Notes under the pieces: generated by a model
The model's input: only the letters and a program-made list of their open reading frames with translations
Database searches by the model: none
Told to the model about the DNA's origin: nothing
Source of the DNA: a virus
Length of the DNA stretch: 14,789 nt
Strand: one strand, 5' to 3'
Virus genome (UHGV): UHGV-1727221
Shown: in pieces, positions 7,274 to 14,789 of the stretch
Layout of the letters: each line of letters starts with the position of its first letter
Numbering within the stretch: position 1 is the stretch's first letter
Position numbers and translations under genes: made by a program

Positions 7274-8785
7274 ATGACTGACATTAAAGTACATTTTTAT
7301 GATTTTAGTCACGTGAGAATTGATTGTGAAGAAAGTACATTTCATGAACTCCGTGATTTCTTTAGCTTTGAAGCTGATGGGTATCGTTTTAATCCGAAAT
7401 ACAGATATGGCAACTGGGATGGACGAATCCGTCTTTTAGATTATAATCGTCTTCTTCCATTCGGCTTAGTCGGGCAAATTAAAAAGTTCTGTGATAACTT
7501 TGGCTATAAAGCCTGGATTGACCCGCAGATTAACGAAAAAGAAGAATTATCAAGAAAAGATTTTGATGAATGGCTTTCTAAATTAGAAATCTATTCAGGA
7601 AATAAAAGAATTGAACCACACTGGTATCAAAAAGATGCAGTGTTCGAAGGATTAGTTAATCGTCGTAGAATTCTTAATCTTCCAACATCCGCTGGTAAAT
7701 CTTTAATTCAAGCTTTGCTTGCGCGGTATTATTTGGAAAATTATGAAGGTAAAATTCTTATCATTGTTCCAACAACTGCTTTAACAACTCAGATGGCTGA
7801 TGACTTTGTTGACTATCGTTTATTCAGTCATGCAATGATAAAGAAAATCGGTGGTGGAGCATCAAAAGATGATAAATATAAAAATGATGCACCAGTCGTT
7901 GTTGGTACATGGCAAACTGTAGTAAAACAACCGAAAGAGTGGTTCTCCCAATTTGGTATGATGATGAATGATGAATGTCATCTTGCTACAGGAAAAAGTA
8001 TTTCATCTATCATATCAGGTTTAAATAACTGCATGTTCAAATTCGGTTTGTCTGGTTCATTACGTGATGGCAAAGCCAATATCATGCAGTATGTTGGAAT
8101 GTTTGGTGAAATATTTAAGCCAGTAACGACTTCTAAGTTAATGGAAGATGGACAAGTAACTGAGCTAAAAATTAATAGTATTTTTCTTCGCTATCCCGAT
8201 GAGTTCACTACTAAATTAAAGGGAAAAACTTACCAAGAAGAAATAAAAATTATTACTGGGCTTAGTAAAAGAAATAAATGGATCGCTAAATTAGCTATTA
8301 AGCTTGCGCAAAAAGATGAAAACGCTTTTGTCATGTTTAAACATGTATCGCATGGTAAAGCTATTTTCGATTTAATTAAAAATGAATACGATAAAGTTTA
8401 TTACGTATCAGGGGAAGTTGATACCGAAACCCGCAATATAATGAAAACCTTAGCTGAAAACGGTAAAGGAATAATTATAGTAGCTAGTTATGGTGTATTT
8501 TCTACTGGTATTTCAGTTAAAAATCTGCATCACGTTGTTTTAGCGCATGGTGTTAAATCAAAAATCATTGTATTACAAACAATCGGTCGTGTATTACGTA
8601 AGCATGGTTCTAAAACAATCGCAACCGTCTGGGACCTCATAGATGATTGTGGTGTTAAGCCAAAATCTGCTAATACTAAAAAGAAATATGTTCATTTGAA
8701 CTATCTTTTAAAACACGGCATTGATCGTATTCAGCGCTACGCAGATGAAAAATTTAATTACGTAATGAAAACAGTTAATTTATAA
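7274..8785 (+). CDS. uvsW: UvsW DNA/RNA helicase (SF2, recombination-repair; branch migration)
   Basis: 503-aa ORF beginning MTDIKVHFYDFSHVRIDCEE; Walker A LPTSAGKS, motif II DECH, SF2 C-terminal motifs (QTIGRVLR); matches T4 UvsW as recalled. Confidence 0.95.
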   Translation: MTDIKVHFYDFSHVRIDCEESTFHELRDFFSFEADGYRFNPKYRYGNWDGRIRLLDYNRLLPFGLVGQIKKFCDNFGYKAWIDPQINEKEELSRKDFDEWLSKLEIYSGNKRIEPHWYQKDAVFEGLVNRRRILNLPTSAGKSLIQALLARYYLENYEGKILIIVPTTALTTQMADDFVDYRLFSHAMIKKIGGGASKDDKYKNDAPVVVGTWQTVVKQPKEWFSQFGMMMNDECHLATGKSISSIISGLNNCMFKFGLSGSLRDGKANIMQYVGMFGEIFKPVTTSKLMEDGQVTELKINSIFLRYPDEFTTKLKGKTYQEEIKIITGLSKRNKWIAKLAIKLAQKDENAFVMFKHVSHGKAIFDLIKNEYDKVYYVSGEVDTETRNIMKTLAENGKGIIIVASYGVFSTGISVKNLHHVVLAHGVKSKIIVLQTIGRVLRKHGSKTIATVWDLIDDCGVKPKSANTKKKYVHLNYLLKHGIDRIQRYADEKFNYVMKTVNL

Positions 8786-8799
8786 GGGCTTCGGCCCTT
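8784..8799 (+). promoter_or_regulatory. UUCG-tetraloop hairpin overlapping the uvsW stop codon and abutting the uvsW.1 Shine-Dalgarno (possible terminator, RNA-stability or translational control element)
   Basis: Stem aagggc (8784-8789) / gccctt (8794-8799) with loop ttcg; the uvsW stop TAA is 8783-8785; GGAG at 8801-8804 and the uvsW.1 ATG at 8811. Confidence 0.45.
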
Positions 8800-8810
8800 T
8801 GGAGAAAAAG

Positions 8811-9041
8811 ATGTTACTAGAATTTAAACAATTTCTTTATGAAGCTTCTATTGATGAATTTATGGGTAAAATTGCCTCTTGTCAAACATTAGAAGGTTTA
8901 GAAGAACTTGAAGCTTATTATAAGAAAAGAGTCAAAGAAACTGAATTAAAAGATACTGATGACATCTCTGTGAGAGATGCTTTGGCAGGAAAAAGAGCTG
9001 AATTAGAAGATTCAGACGATGAAGTAGAAGAAAGCTTTTAA
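8811..9041 (+). CDS. uvsW.1: UvsW.1 small acidic protein (UvsW-associated)
   Basis: 76-aa ORF from ATG 8811 preceded by GGAG at 6-nt spacing. The ORF track's 80-aa version begins at a TTG at 8799 inside the hairpin; the ATG is preferred. T4 UvsW.1 is 76 aa as recalled. Confidence 0.7.
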   Translation: MLLEFKQFLYEASIDEFMGKIASCQTLEGLEELEAYYKKRVKETELKDTDDISVRDALAGKRAELEDSDDEVEESF

Positions 9042-9050
9042 ATTAAAAAA

Positions 9051-9072
9051 GGCCCAACCAAAAAGGAAGGGC
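9051..9072 (-). terminator. Possible terminator hairpin for the minus-strand uvsY-cluster transcript (stem ggccc / gggcc, 12-nt loop, A/T runs either side)
   Basis: Inverted repeat 9051-9055 / 9068-9072; on the minus strand it is followed by the U-run complementary to aaaaaa at 9045-9050. The large loop makes this less certain. Confidence 0.35.
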
Positions 9073-9114
9073 CAAAACTATAGACTAAAGGTCACACTAT
9101 AGCAAAAGTTGTGT

Positions 9115-9264
9115 TTCATTTAATTGTTCTTCCGAACTTTCTGAAACTGGTAGTTCTTTAATGTAATTATAGCAAGGCCCAGGATGTACAGGACCTTTGT
9201 CTGTTTCAACAACCAATGCAGAATCGATTGGAGTTTTACAGACAACACAAATCTTATCTGACAT
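9115..9264 (-). CDS. uvsY.-2: Small Cys-containing protein, 49 aa (T4 uvsY.-2 position); absent from the supplied ORF track
   Basis: Manual minus-strand translation from ATG (complement of 9262-9264) gives MSDKICVVCKTPIDSALVVETDKGPVHPGPCYNYIKELPVSESSEEQLK then stop (complement of 9115-9117); strong GAGGAG Shine-Dalgarno 6 nt upstream (complement of 9271-9276). Confidence 0.55.
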
Positions 9265-9289
9265 GATTGTCTCCTCTGAATTATATATC

Positions 9290-9297
9290 TATTTATA
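9290..9297 (-). promoter_or_regulatory. Minus-strand late promoter box TATAAATA upstream of uvsY.-2
   Basis: Plus strand reads tatttata at 9290-9297 (TATAAATA on the minus strand), about 26 nt upstream of the uvsY.-2 ATG and overlapping the uvsY.-1 stop codon. Confidence 0.4.
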
Positions 9298-9517
9298 CAA
9301 CTCTCATATGCATATCAATGCCCATATCTTTAGAATAAAAATATTCATCAAGATATCCGGCAAATTTTCCTTTAATATAAAGGACATCTTCACCACACGG
9401 GTGATCGGCCAAGATACGAATATCCTGACGCTTAAGATTATGCTTTTTCATTAAGAATTGAATCTCAGTTTCAAATTCTTCTTCATAATTAAAAGCATCA
9501 TCAATGCTATATCTCAT
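9293..9517 (-). CDS. uvsY.-1: Small hypothetical protein downstream of uvsY (T4 uvsY.-1 position)
   Basis: 74-aa ORF whose ATG overlaps the uvsY stop (TAATG on the minus strand at 9515-9519), implying translational coupling. Confidence 0.65.
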   Translation of the reverse strand: MRYSIDDAFNYEEEFETEIQFLMKKHNLKRQDIRILADHPCGEDVLYIKGKFAGYLDEYFYSKDMGIDMHMRVV

Positions 9518-9930
9518 TATTTTCCAGCCTCAAATGCTCGCATGTCTTGAATATGCTTAATAGCAAATCCGCGTGATTTGATAGCATCAAGAGCTCCGCT
9601 ACAGAAATCTAATAAAATCCCCCAATACTGTAACGAGGTATCAACCTTTAAAACATCCTTATCCGCTGATAGAACTGTCTTCATTTCTGATTTCTCGTAA
9701 CGATCCATACTAAATTCATCACCATCTCCTCGTCCCGAGTAGTAGTCTAATTTAGCTTTAAGAGCAACTTTTTTCTGTGCATCAATTCTAAGCATTTCCT
9801 TTTTAATACTTGAATGCTTATTAAGCCATTTACTATATAACATCACATTATTAGCTGCTTCATACTGTAATTTAGTCGAATCTATAAACACATCTTTCTT
9901 CAATTCTTCTTGAAGATCTTCTAATTTCAT
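9517..9930 (-). CDS. uvsY: UvsY recombination mediator protein (loads UvsX recombinase onto gp32-coated ssDNA)
   Basis: 137-aa ORF beginning MKLEDLQEELKKDVFIDSTKLQYEAANNVMLYSKWL; length and sequence match T4 UvsY as recalled. Confidence 0.93.
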   Translation of the reverse strand: MKLEDLQEELKKDVFIDSTKLQYEAANNVMLYSKWLNKHSSIKKEMLRIDAQKKVALKAKLDYYSGRGDGDEFSMDRYEKSEMKTVLSADKDVLKVDTSLQYWGILLDFCSGALDAIKSRGFAIKHIQDMRAFEAGK

Positions 9931-9970
9931 ATTGTTCTCTATTCAATTGTTATTGGATGGACTTAGATTC

Positions 9971-9996
9971 ATTATACCACGTTTATACGTGAAGCA
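9971..9996 (-). promoter_or_regulatory. T4 middle-mode (MotA/AsiA-dependent) promoter for uvsY: MotA box TGCTTCA plus sigma70-type -10 TATAAT
   Basis: Minus strand reads ataaTGCTTCAcgtataaacgtggTATAATgaatc: MotA box at plus 9990-9996 immediately after the gene 25 stop, 13-nt spacer, -10 hexamer at plus 9971-9976, about 35-40 nt upstream of the uvsY ATG (9930). Confidence 0.6.
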
Positions 9997-10395
9997 TTAT
10001 ACTCTATTACTGGAAGCCAGTTGCAGTTTTATCTGCTCAATATCATCAGGATTATCGATGACCGAAAAGCGTATTTCTACTATCAGAGTATAATCATCAT
10101 AAACTGGTATCACATTAACTGCTAATTTATCAATACGTGGCTCATAGTTTCTTACTGCGCTTTCGATATTGCGCTCAACTGTGTCAGCAGTAAGAGGAGT
10201 CATATTTTCAAAAAGCTGGTCTGATAAATCACATCCAAATTCAGGGTCAAACGGTCTTGAACCTTTTCTTGTTGTAATAATTCCCAAAAGACTGTTTTTA
10301 ATTGACCTTAATCCAAGCGATCTGGAAACGTCTTTGTTCCAATCCATTTTCATTTCCGGGTCAATATCAGAATAAAGCTTATTAATATTTGCCAT
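9997..10395 (-). CDS. 25: Baseplate wedge protein gp25 (lysozyme-like fold)
   Basis: 132-aa ORF beginning [29 protein letters not shown]; size and sequence match T4 gp25 as recalled; its ATG overlaps the gene 26 stop (TAATG). Confidence 0.93.
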   Translation of the reverse strand: MANINKLYSDIDPEMKMDWNKDVSRSLGLRSIKNSLLGIITTRKGSRPFDPEFGCDLSDQLFENMTPLTADTVERNIESAVRNYEPRIDKLAVNVIPVYDDYTLIVEIRFSVIDNPDDIEQIKLQLASSNRV

Positions 10396-11021
10396 TATAG
10401 TAACTCAAAGAACTCTTTGAGGCCTCTTATTACGTGAGCATGAGTTTTTCCACACTCTGGACACTTAATTGGAACAGCCAAATAAACGGTAGGCTTTAAA
10501 AGCATATCTTTTATAGCTACAATATCTGACTCTGTGATGATAGAATATAAATCTTCCAGTTCTTTTTCATTTAAGTCTTCAACTGGAATGCTTTCCCCGT
10601 TAGCATGAATCGTTTCTATGCATGATACTATCATGTGGGCTATATTTTTATCATCAAAAATTTTAGGGTATCGGAATTTAATTTTAATGTCACCCAGTGT
10701 ATACCAGAGGTCTTCTGGTGCATCTATTTGTGTATGTAATAGATTTATATGGGTTGGTATTTCAGTTCCACAGGTGCACTTCCAGGAGTTTTCGTGATTA
10801 ACTTCACCGAGAGAATGTGCCCATAAATGAATCAACAATAGTTCTGATTCTTGGCGGTTTAAATCTTTTGCATTTGTGCAGTCTTTGATTAGCTTTTTAA
10901 CAATTACTTCTACGGAACCATTATTTTTGGCAGTAATAAGTTCTAGATATTCTTTAAGCGTGAATGCGCGACAATTGATTATTTTAGAACCAACTCTCAC
11001 ATCAAATTTGTATTCATACAT
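10395..11021 (-). CDS. 26: Baseplate hub protein gp26
   Basis: 208-aa ORF (T4 gp26 is 208 aa as recalled); contains two Cys pairs (CTCG ... CPECG) suggestive of a zinc-ribbon; AAGGAG Shine-Dalgarno upstream on the minus strand. Confidence 0.85.
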   Translation of the reverse strand: MYEYKFDVRVGSKIINCRAFTLKEYLELITAKNNGSVEVIVKKLIKDCTNAKDLNRQESELLLIHLWAHSLGEVNHENSWKCTCGTEIPTHINLLHTQIDAPEDLWYTLGDIKIKFRYPKIFDDKNIAHMIVSCIETIHANGESIPVEDLNEKELEDLYSIITESDIVAIKDMLLKPTVYLAVPIKCPECGKTHAHVIRGLKEFFELL

Positions 11022-11042
11022 ATTTAGCTCCTTTATTTATCA

Positions 11043-11054
11043 TATTTATAAATA
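11043..11054. promoter_or_regulatory. Palindromic bidirectional late promoter tatttataaata serving divergent genes 26 (minus) and 51 (plus)
   Basis: Plus-strand TATAAATA at 11047-11054 (gene 51 ATG at 11072, AAGGAG at 11061-11066) overlaps a minus-strand TATAAATA (plus tatttata at 11043-11050; gene 26 ATG at 11021). Confidence 0.55.
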
Positions 11055-11071
11055 GAATAAAAGGAGCATCT

Positions 11072-11821
11072 ATGGCAAACATTATTCGTTGTAAATTACC
11101 AGATGGTGTTCATCGTTTTAAACCATTTACGGTAGAAGATTATCGAGATTTTTTGTTAGTTCGAAACGATATAGAACATCGGTCACCACAAGAACAAAAA
11201 GAAATAATTACTGATTTAATTGATGATTATTTTGGAGACTATCCGAAGACTTGGCAACCATTTATATTTTTGCAGGTATTTGTAGGGTCGATAGGTAAAA
11301 CTAAAGTACCGGTCACATTTGTATGTCCAAAATGTAAAAAAGAAAAGACAGTTCCATTTGAAATATATCAAAAAGAATTAAAGGAACCTGTTTTTGATGT
11401 AGCTAATGTTAAAATTAAATTAAAGTTTCCTTCTGAGTTTTATGAAAATAAAGCAAAGATGATTACTGAAAATATTCATTCTGTTCAAGTAGATGAAATA
11501 TGGTATGATTGGAAGGAAATTAGTGAATCAAGCCAAATAGAACTTGTTGATGCCATCGAGATAGAAACATTAGAAAAAATTCTCGATGCAATGAATCCTA
11601 TTAATTTAACTCTACATATGTCATGCTGTAATAAGTACATTAAAAAATACACTGATATAGTAGACGTGTTTAAGCTATTAGTTAATCCAGATGAGATATT
11701 TACTTTTTATCAAATTAATCACACACTCGTAAAAAGTAATTATAGCTTAAATTCAATAATGAAAATGATTCCTGCTGAACGTGGATTCGTATTAAAACTG
11801 ATTGAGAAGGATAAACAATAA
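11072..11821 (+). CDS. 51: Baseplate hub assembly catalyst gp51
   Basis: 249-aa ORF (T4 gp51 is 249 aa as recalled); Cys pairs CPKC ... CC; its stop overlaps the gene 27 ATG (TAATG at 11819-11823). Confidence 0.85.
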   Translation: MANIIRCKLPDGVHRFKPFTVEDYRDFLLVRNDIEHRSPQEQKEIITDLIDDYFGDYPKTWQPFIFLQVFVGSIGKTKVPVTFVCPKCKKEKTVPFEIYQKELKEPVFDVANVKIKLKFPSEFYENKAKMITENIHSVQVDEIWYDWKEISESSQIELVDAIEIETLEKILDAMNPINLTLHMSCCNKYIKKYTDIVDVFKLLVNPDEIFTFYQINHTLVKSNYSLNSIMKMIPAERGFVLKLIEKDKQ

Positions 11822-12993
11822 TGAGTATGTTGCAACGCCCCGGATATCCAAATCTCAGCGTTAAATTATTTGATAGCTACGACGCTTGGAGTAATAATAG
11901 ATTTGTTGAATTAGCTGCTACTATTACTACATTAACTATGCGGGATTCTCTTTATGGCCGAAATGAAGGAATGCTACAGTTTTATGATTCTAAAAACATC
12001 CATACAAAAATGGATGGAAATGAAATAATTCAGATTTCTGTAGCTAATGCAAATGATATTAATAATGTTAAAACACGAATTTATGGATGTAAGCATTTTT
12101 CCGTGTCAGTAGATTCAAAAGGTGATAACATCATTGCTATTGAATTGGGAACTATTCATTCTATAGAAAATCTTAAATTTGGTAGACCATTTTTCCCTGA
12201 TGCTGGTGAATCTATAAAGGAAATGCTTGGCGTCATTTATCAGGATCGCACATTATTAACTCCAGCAATAAATGCTATAAATGCTTATGTTCCTGATATT
12301 CCATGGACTAGCACATTTGAAAACTATTTGTCATATGTCAGAGAAGTTGCTCTAGCTGTAGGAAGCGACAAATTTGTATTTGTGTGGCAAGACATCATGG
12401 GAGTTAACATGATGGACTATGATATGATGATAAATCAAGAACCATATCCAATGATTGTCGGTGAGCCATCTTTAATAGGTCAATTTGTCCAAGAATTAAA
12501 ATATCCATTAGCATATGATTTCGTTTGGTTGACTAAATCGAATCCTCACAAACGTGACCCAATGAAAAATGCTACTATCTATGCTCATTCATTTTTAGAT
12601 TCTTCATTGCCAATGATTACTACAGGAAAGGGTGAAAACTCTATTGTGGTGTCAAGGTCAGGTGCTTATTCTGAAATGACTTATAGGAATGGATATGAAG
12701 AAGCTATTCGTCTTCAAACTATGGCACAATATGACGGCTATGCTAAATGTTCTACTGTCGGTAATTTTAACTTGACTCCTGGTGTTAAAATTATTTTTAA
12801 TGATAGTAAAAACCAATTTAAAACAGAATTTTACGTTGATGAAGTTATCCATGAATTATCCAATAATAATTCAGTAACTCATCTATATATGTTCACTAAT
12901 GCAACGAAACTGGAAACAATAGACCCAGTTAAGGTTAAAAATGAATTTAAATCTGATACTACCACTGAAGAAAGTAGTTCTTCCAATAAGTAA
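11821..12993 (+). CDS. 27: Baseplate hub protein gp27 (forms the central hub with gp5)
   Basis: 390-aa ORF beginning [23 protein letters not shown]; matches T4 gp27 (about 391 aa as recalled). Confidence 0.93.
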   Translation: MSMLQRPGYPNLSVKLFDSYDAWSNNRFVELAATITTLTMRDSLYGRNEGMLQFYDSKNIHTKMDGNEIIQISVANANDINNVKTRIYGCKHFSVSVDSKGDNIIAIELGTIHSIENLKFGRPFFPDAGESIKEMLGVIYQDRTLLTPAINAINAYVPDIPWTSTFENYLSYVREVALAVGSDKFVFVWQDIMGVNMMDYDMMINQEPYPMIVGEPSLIGQFVQELKYPLAYDFVWLTKSNPHKRDPMKNATIYAHSFLDSSLPMITTGKGENSIVVSRSGAYSEMTYRNGYEEAIRLQTMAQYDGYAKCSTVGNFNLTPGVKIIFNDSKNQFKTEFYVDEVIHELSNNNSVTHLYMFTNATKLETIDPVKVKNEFKSDTTTEESSSSNK

Positions 12994-13474
12994 TAAAGAA
13001 GTTTCTATTCCTAAAATGGGTCTTAAACATTATAACATTTTAAAAGATGTTAAAGGTCCTGATGAAAATTTAAAACTTCTTATTGATTCTATTTGTCCGA
13101 ATTTATCACCGACAGAAGTTGATTTCGTTTCTATTCATTTATTGGAATTTAATGGAAAGATTAAATCTCGTAAAGAAATAGATGGCTATACTTATGACAT
13201 TAATGATGTTTATGTGTGCCAAAGATTAGAATTTCAATACCAAGGAAATACATTTTATTTTAGACCTCCTGGAAAATTTGAACAATTTTTAACAGTGAGC
13301 GATATGTTATCTAAATGCTTGCTTAAGGTCAACGATGAAGTTAAAGAAATTAATTTTCTTGAGATGCCAGCATTCGTTTTAAAATGGGCAAATGATATTT
13401 TTACAACTTTAGCAATTCCTGGCCCTAATGGTCCAATAACTGGAATTGGCAATATTATTGGATTATTTGAATGA
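12941..13474 (+). CDS. 28: Baseplate hub distal subunit gp28
   Basis: 177-aa ORF (T4 gp28 is 177 aa as recalled) starting in the +1 frame 53 nt before the gene 27 stop; AAGG 6 nt upstream of the ATG; its stop overlaps the gene 29 ATG (ATGA at 13471-13474). Confidence 0.8.
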   Translation: MNLNLILPLKKVVLPISNKEVSIPKMGLKHYNILKDVKGPDENLKLLIDSICPNLSPTEVDFVSIHLLEFNGKIKSRKEIDGYTYDINDVYVCQRLEFQYQGNTFYFRPPGKFEQFLTVSDMLSKCLLKVNDEVKEINFLEMPAFVLKWANDIFTTLAIPGPNGPITGIGNIIGLFE

Positions 13475-14747
13475 AAAAGCCACAAGAAATGCAAACGATG
13501 CGTAGAAAAGTTATTTCAGATAATAAACCAACGCAGGAAGCGGCTAAATCCGCTTCCAACACTTTATCTGGACTTAATGATATATCTACGAAATTGGATG
13601 ATGCTCAAGCTGCTTCTGAATTAATAGCTCAAACTGTCGAAGAAAAATCGAATGAAATAGTTGGAGCAATTGGTAACGTAGAAAGCGCAGTGAGTGATAC
13701 TACTGCCGGTTCTGAGTTAATTGCTGAAACTGTCGAAATTGGCAACAATATTAATAAAGAAATCGGTGAATCGCTAGGAAGCAAATTAGATAAATTAACA
13801 AGTTTACTAGAGCAAAAAATTCAGACAGCTGGAATTCAACAGACTGGAACTAGTTTAGCCACAGTTGAAAGCGCTATTCCTGTTAAAGTCGTTGAGGATG
13901 ATACTGCCGAATCTGTGGGTCCTTTATTACCGGCTCCCGAAGCAGTTAATAATGATCCTGACGCTGATTTTTTCCCTACCCCTCAACCAGTTGAACCCAA
14001 ACAAGAATCGCCAGAAGAAAAACAGAAAAAAGAAGCATTTAACTTAAAATTATCTCAAGCTTTAGATAAATTAACAAAGACTGTTGATTTTGGATTTAAG
14101 AAATCCATTTCAATTAGTGATAAAATATCAAGCATGTTATTTAAGTACACCATCAGTGCTGCTATTGAAGCCGCTAAAATGACTGCAATGATATTGGCTG
14201 TTGTTGTTGGAATAGACCTGTTGATGGTTCATTTTAAATACTGGTCAGATAAATTTTCAAAAGCCTGGGATTTATTTAATACTGACTTTACTAAATTCTC
14301 TAGCGAAACCGGAACTTGGGGTCCTTTATTACAGAGCATCTTTGATTCTATTGATAAAATTAAACAACTTTGGGAAGCGGGAGATTGGGGTGGATTGACA
14401 GCAGCTATCGTAGAAGGACTCGGAAGTGTTCTTTTTAATTTAGGAGAGCTTATTCAATTAGGTATGGCTAAATTATCTGCTGCAATTCTTCGAGTCATTC
14501 CTGGTATGAAGGATACCGCTGATGAAGTAGAAGGAGGAGCATTGGAAAATTTCCAAAATTCTACTGGAGCATCTCTCAATAAAGAAGACCAAGAAAAAGT
14601 TGCAAATTATCAAGATAAACGAATGAATGGAGACCTTGGTCCGATAGCAAAAGGATTAGATAAAATTGCTAATTGGAAAACTCGTGCATCTAATTGGATT
14701 CGTGGTGTTGATAATAAAGAAGCACTAACTACCGACGAAGAGCGTGC
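13471..14747 (+). CDS. 29: Baseplate hub / tail-length determining protein gp29, N-terminal 425 codons (3' end truncated at the adapter junction)
   Basis: Frame open from ATG 13471 ([22 protein letters not shown]...) with no stop up to the adapter junction at 14748; absent from the ORF track because it has no stop in the window. T4 gp29 is about 590 aa as recalled. Confidence 0.85.
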
Positions 14748-14789
14748 CTGTCTCTTATACACATCTGACGCTGCCGACGAAGCTAGAAG
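14748..14789. other. Illumina Nextera read-through adapter (Tn5 mosaic end reverse complement, Read-1 adapter reverse complement, i5 index, first base of P5 reverse complement); not biological sequence
   Basis: 14748-14766 ctgtctcttatacacatct is the mosaic-end reverse complement; 14767-14780 gacgctgccgacga is the Read-1 adapter reverse complement; 14781-14788 agctagaa is an 8-nt index; 14789 g. Confidence 0.9.

Noticed and set aside
8799-8810. TTG start for uvsW.1 giving the 80-aa version in the ORF track
   Set aside because: The TTG lies within the terminator-like hairpin stem; the ATG at 8811 has a GGAG Shine-Dalgarno at ideal spacing and gives the 76-aa length I recall for T4 UvsW.1.
9197-9454. 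85-aa plus-strand ORF spanning the uvsY.-2 and uvsY.-1 region
   Set aside because: It overlaps two minus-strand ORFs that have proper RBS and promoter signals and a T4-consistent arrangement; the plus-strand translation is low-complexity (Ile/Phe/Lys-rich) and has no RBS.
10169-10375. 68-aa plus-strand ORF inside gene 25
   Set aside because: Antisense to the baseplate wedge gene; no supporting signals.
12658-12852. 64-aa minus-strand ORF inside gene 27
   Set aside because: Antisense to gene 27; spurious.
13255-13494. 79-aa minus-strand ORF inside gene 28
   Set aside because: Antisense to gene 28 and overlapping the gene 29 start; no signals.
13865-14047. 60-aa plus-strand ORF within gene 29 in a different frame
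   Set aside because: Gene 29 is open in frame 1 across this whole region; this out-of-frame ORF yields a low-complexity hydrophobic/basic peptide and has no RBS.
56-14747. Novel defence, anti-defence or accessory system, CRISPR array, tRNA, or mobile element within the insert
   Set aside because: Every ORF of appreciable size is accounted for by a conserved T4 structural, recombination or small-ORF homolog in the canonical order. I saw no direct-repeat array, no tRNA-like structure and no integrase or transposase. The only foreign sequence is the library adapter at the two ends.

Overview
This window is a contiguous segment of a T4-like myovirus genome (Tequatrovirus-type; AT-rich, gene order and protein sequences near-identical to coliphage T4 as I recall them), flanked at both ends by untrimmed Illumina Nextera adapter sequence (1-55 and 14748-14789). 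The native insert (56-14747) carries, in order: the 3' end of gene 22 (scaffold), 23 (major capsid), 24 (vertex), rnlB (RNA ligase 2, minus), 24.2, 24.3, hoc and inh (minus), uvsW and uvsW.1 (plus), uvsY.-2, uvsY.-1, uvsY, 25 and 26 (minus), then 51, 27, 28 and the 5' part of 29 (plus). Regulatory signals readable from the sequence include exact TATAAATA late-promoter boxes, a MotA-box middle promoter upstream of uvsY, and a family of GC-stem tetraloop hairpins at gene ends. I see no evidence for a novel defence or accessory system: this is the conserved head, baseplate-hub and recombination module. The points worth a second look are the adapter artefact, a Hoc protein about one Ig-like domain longer than T4 Hoc, absence of the segD and segE homing-endonuclease genes, apparent paralogy between divergently transcribed genes 26 and 51, and a small Cys-containing ORF (uvsY.-2) missing from the ORF track. 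All homology calls are from memory of T4 proteins and by-eye comparison; no searches were run.
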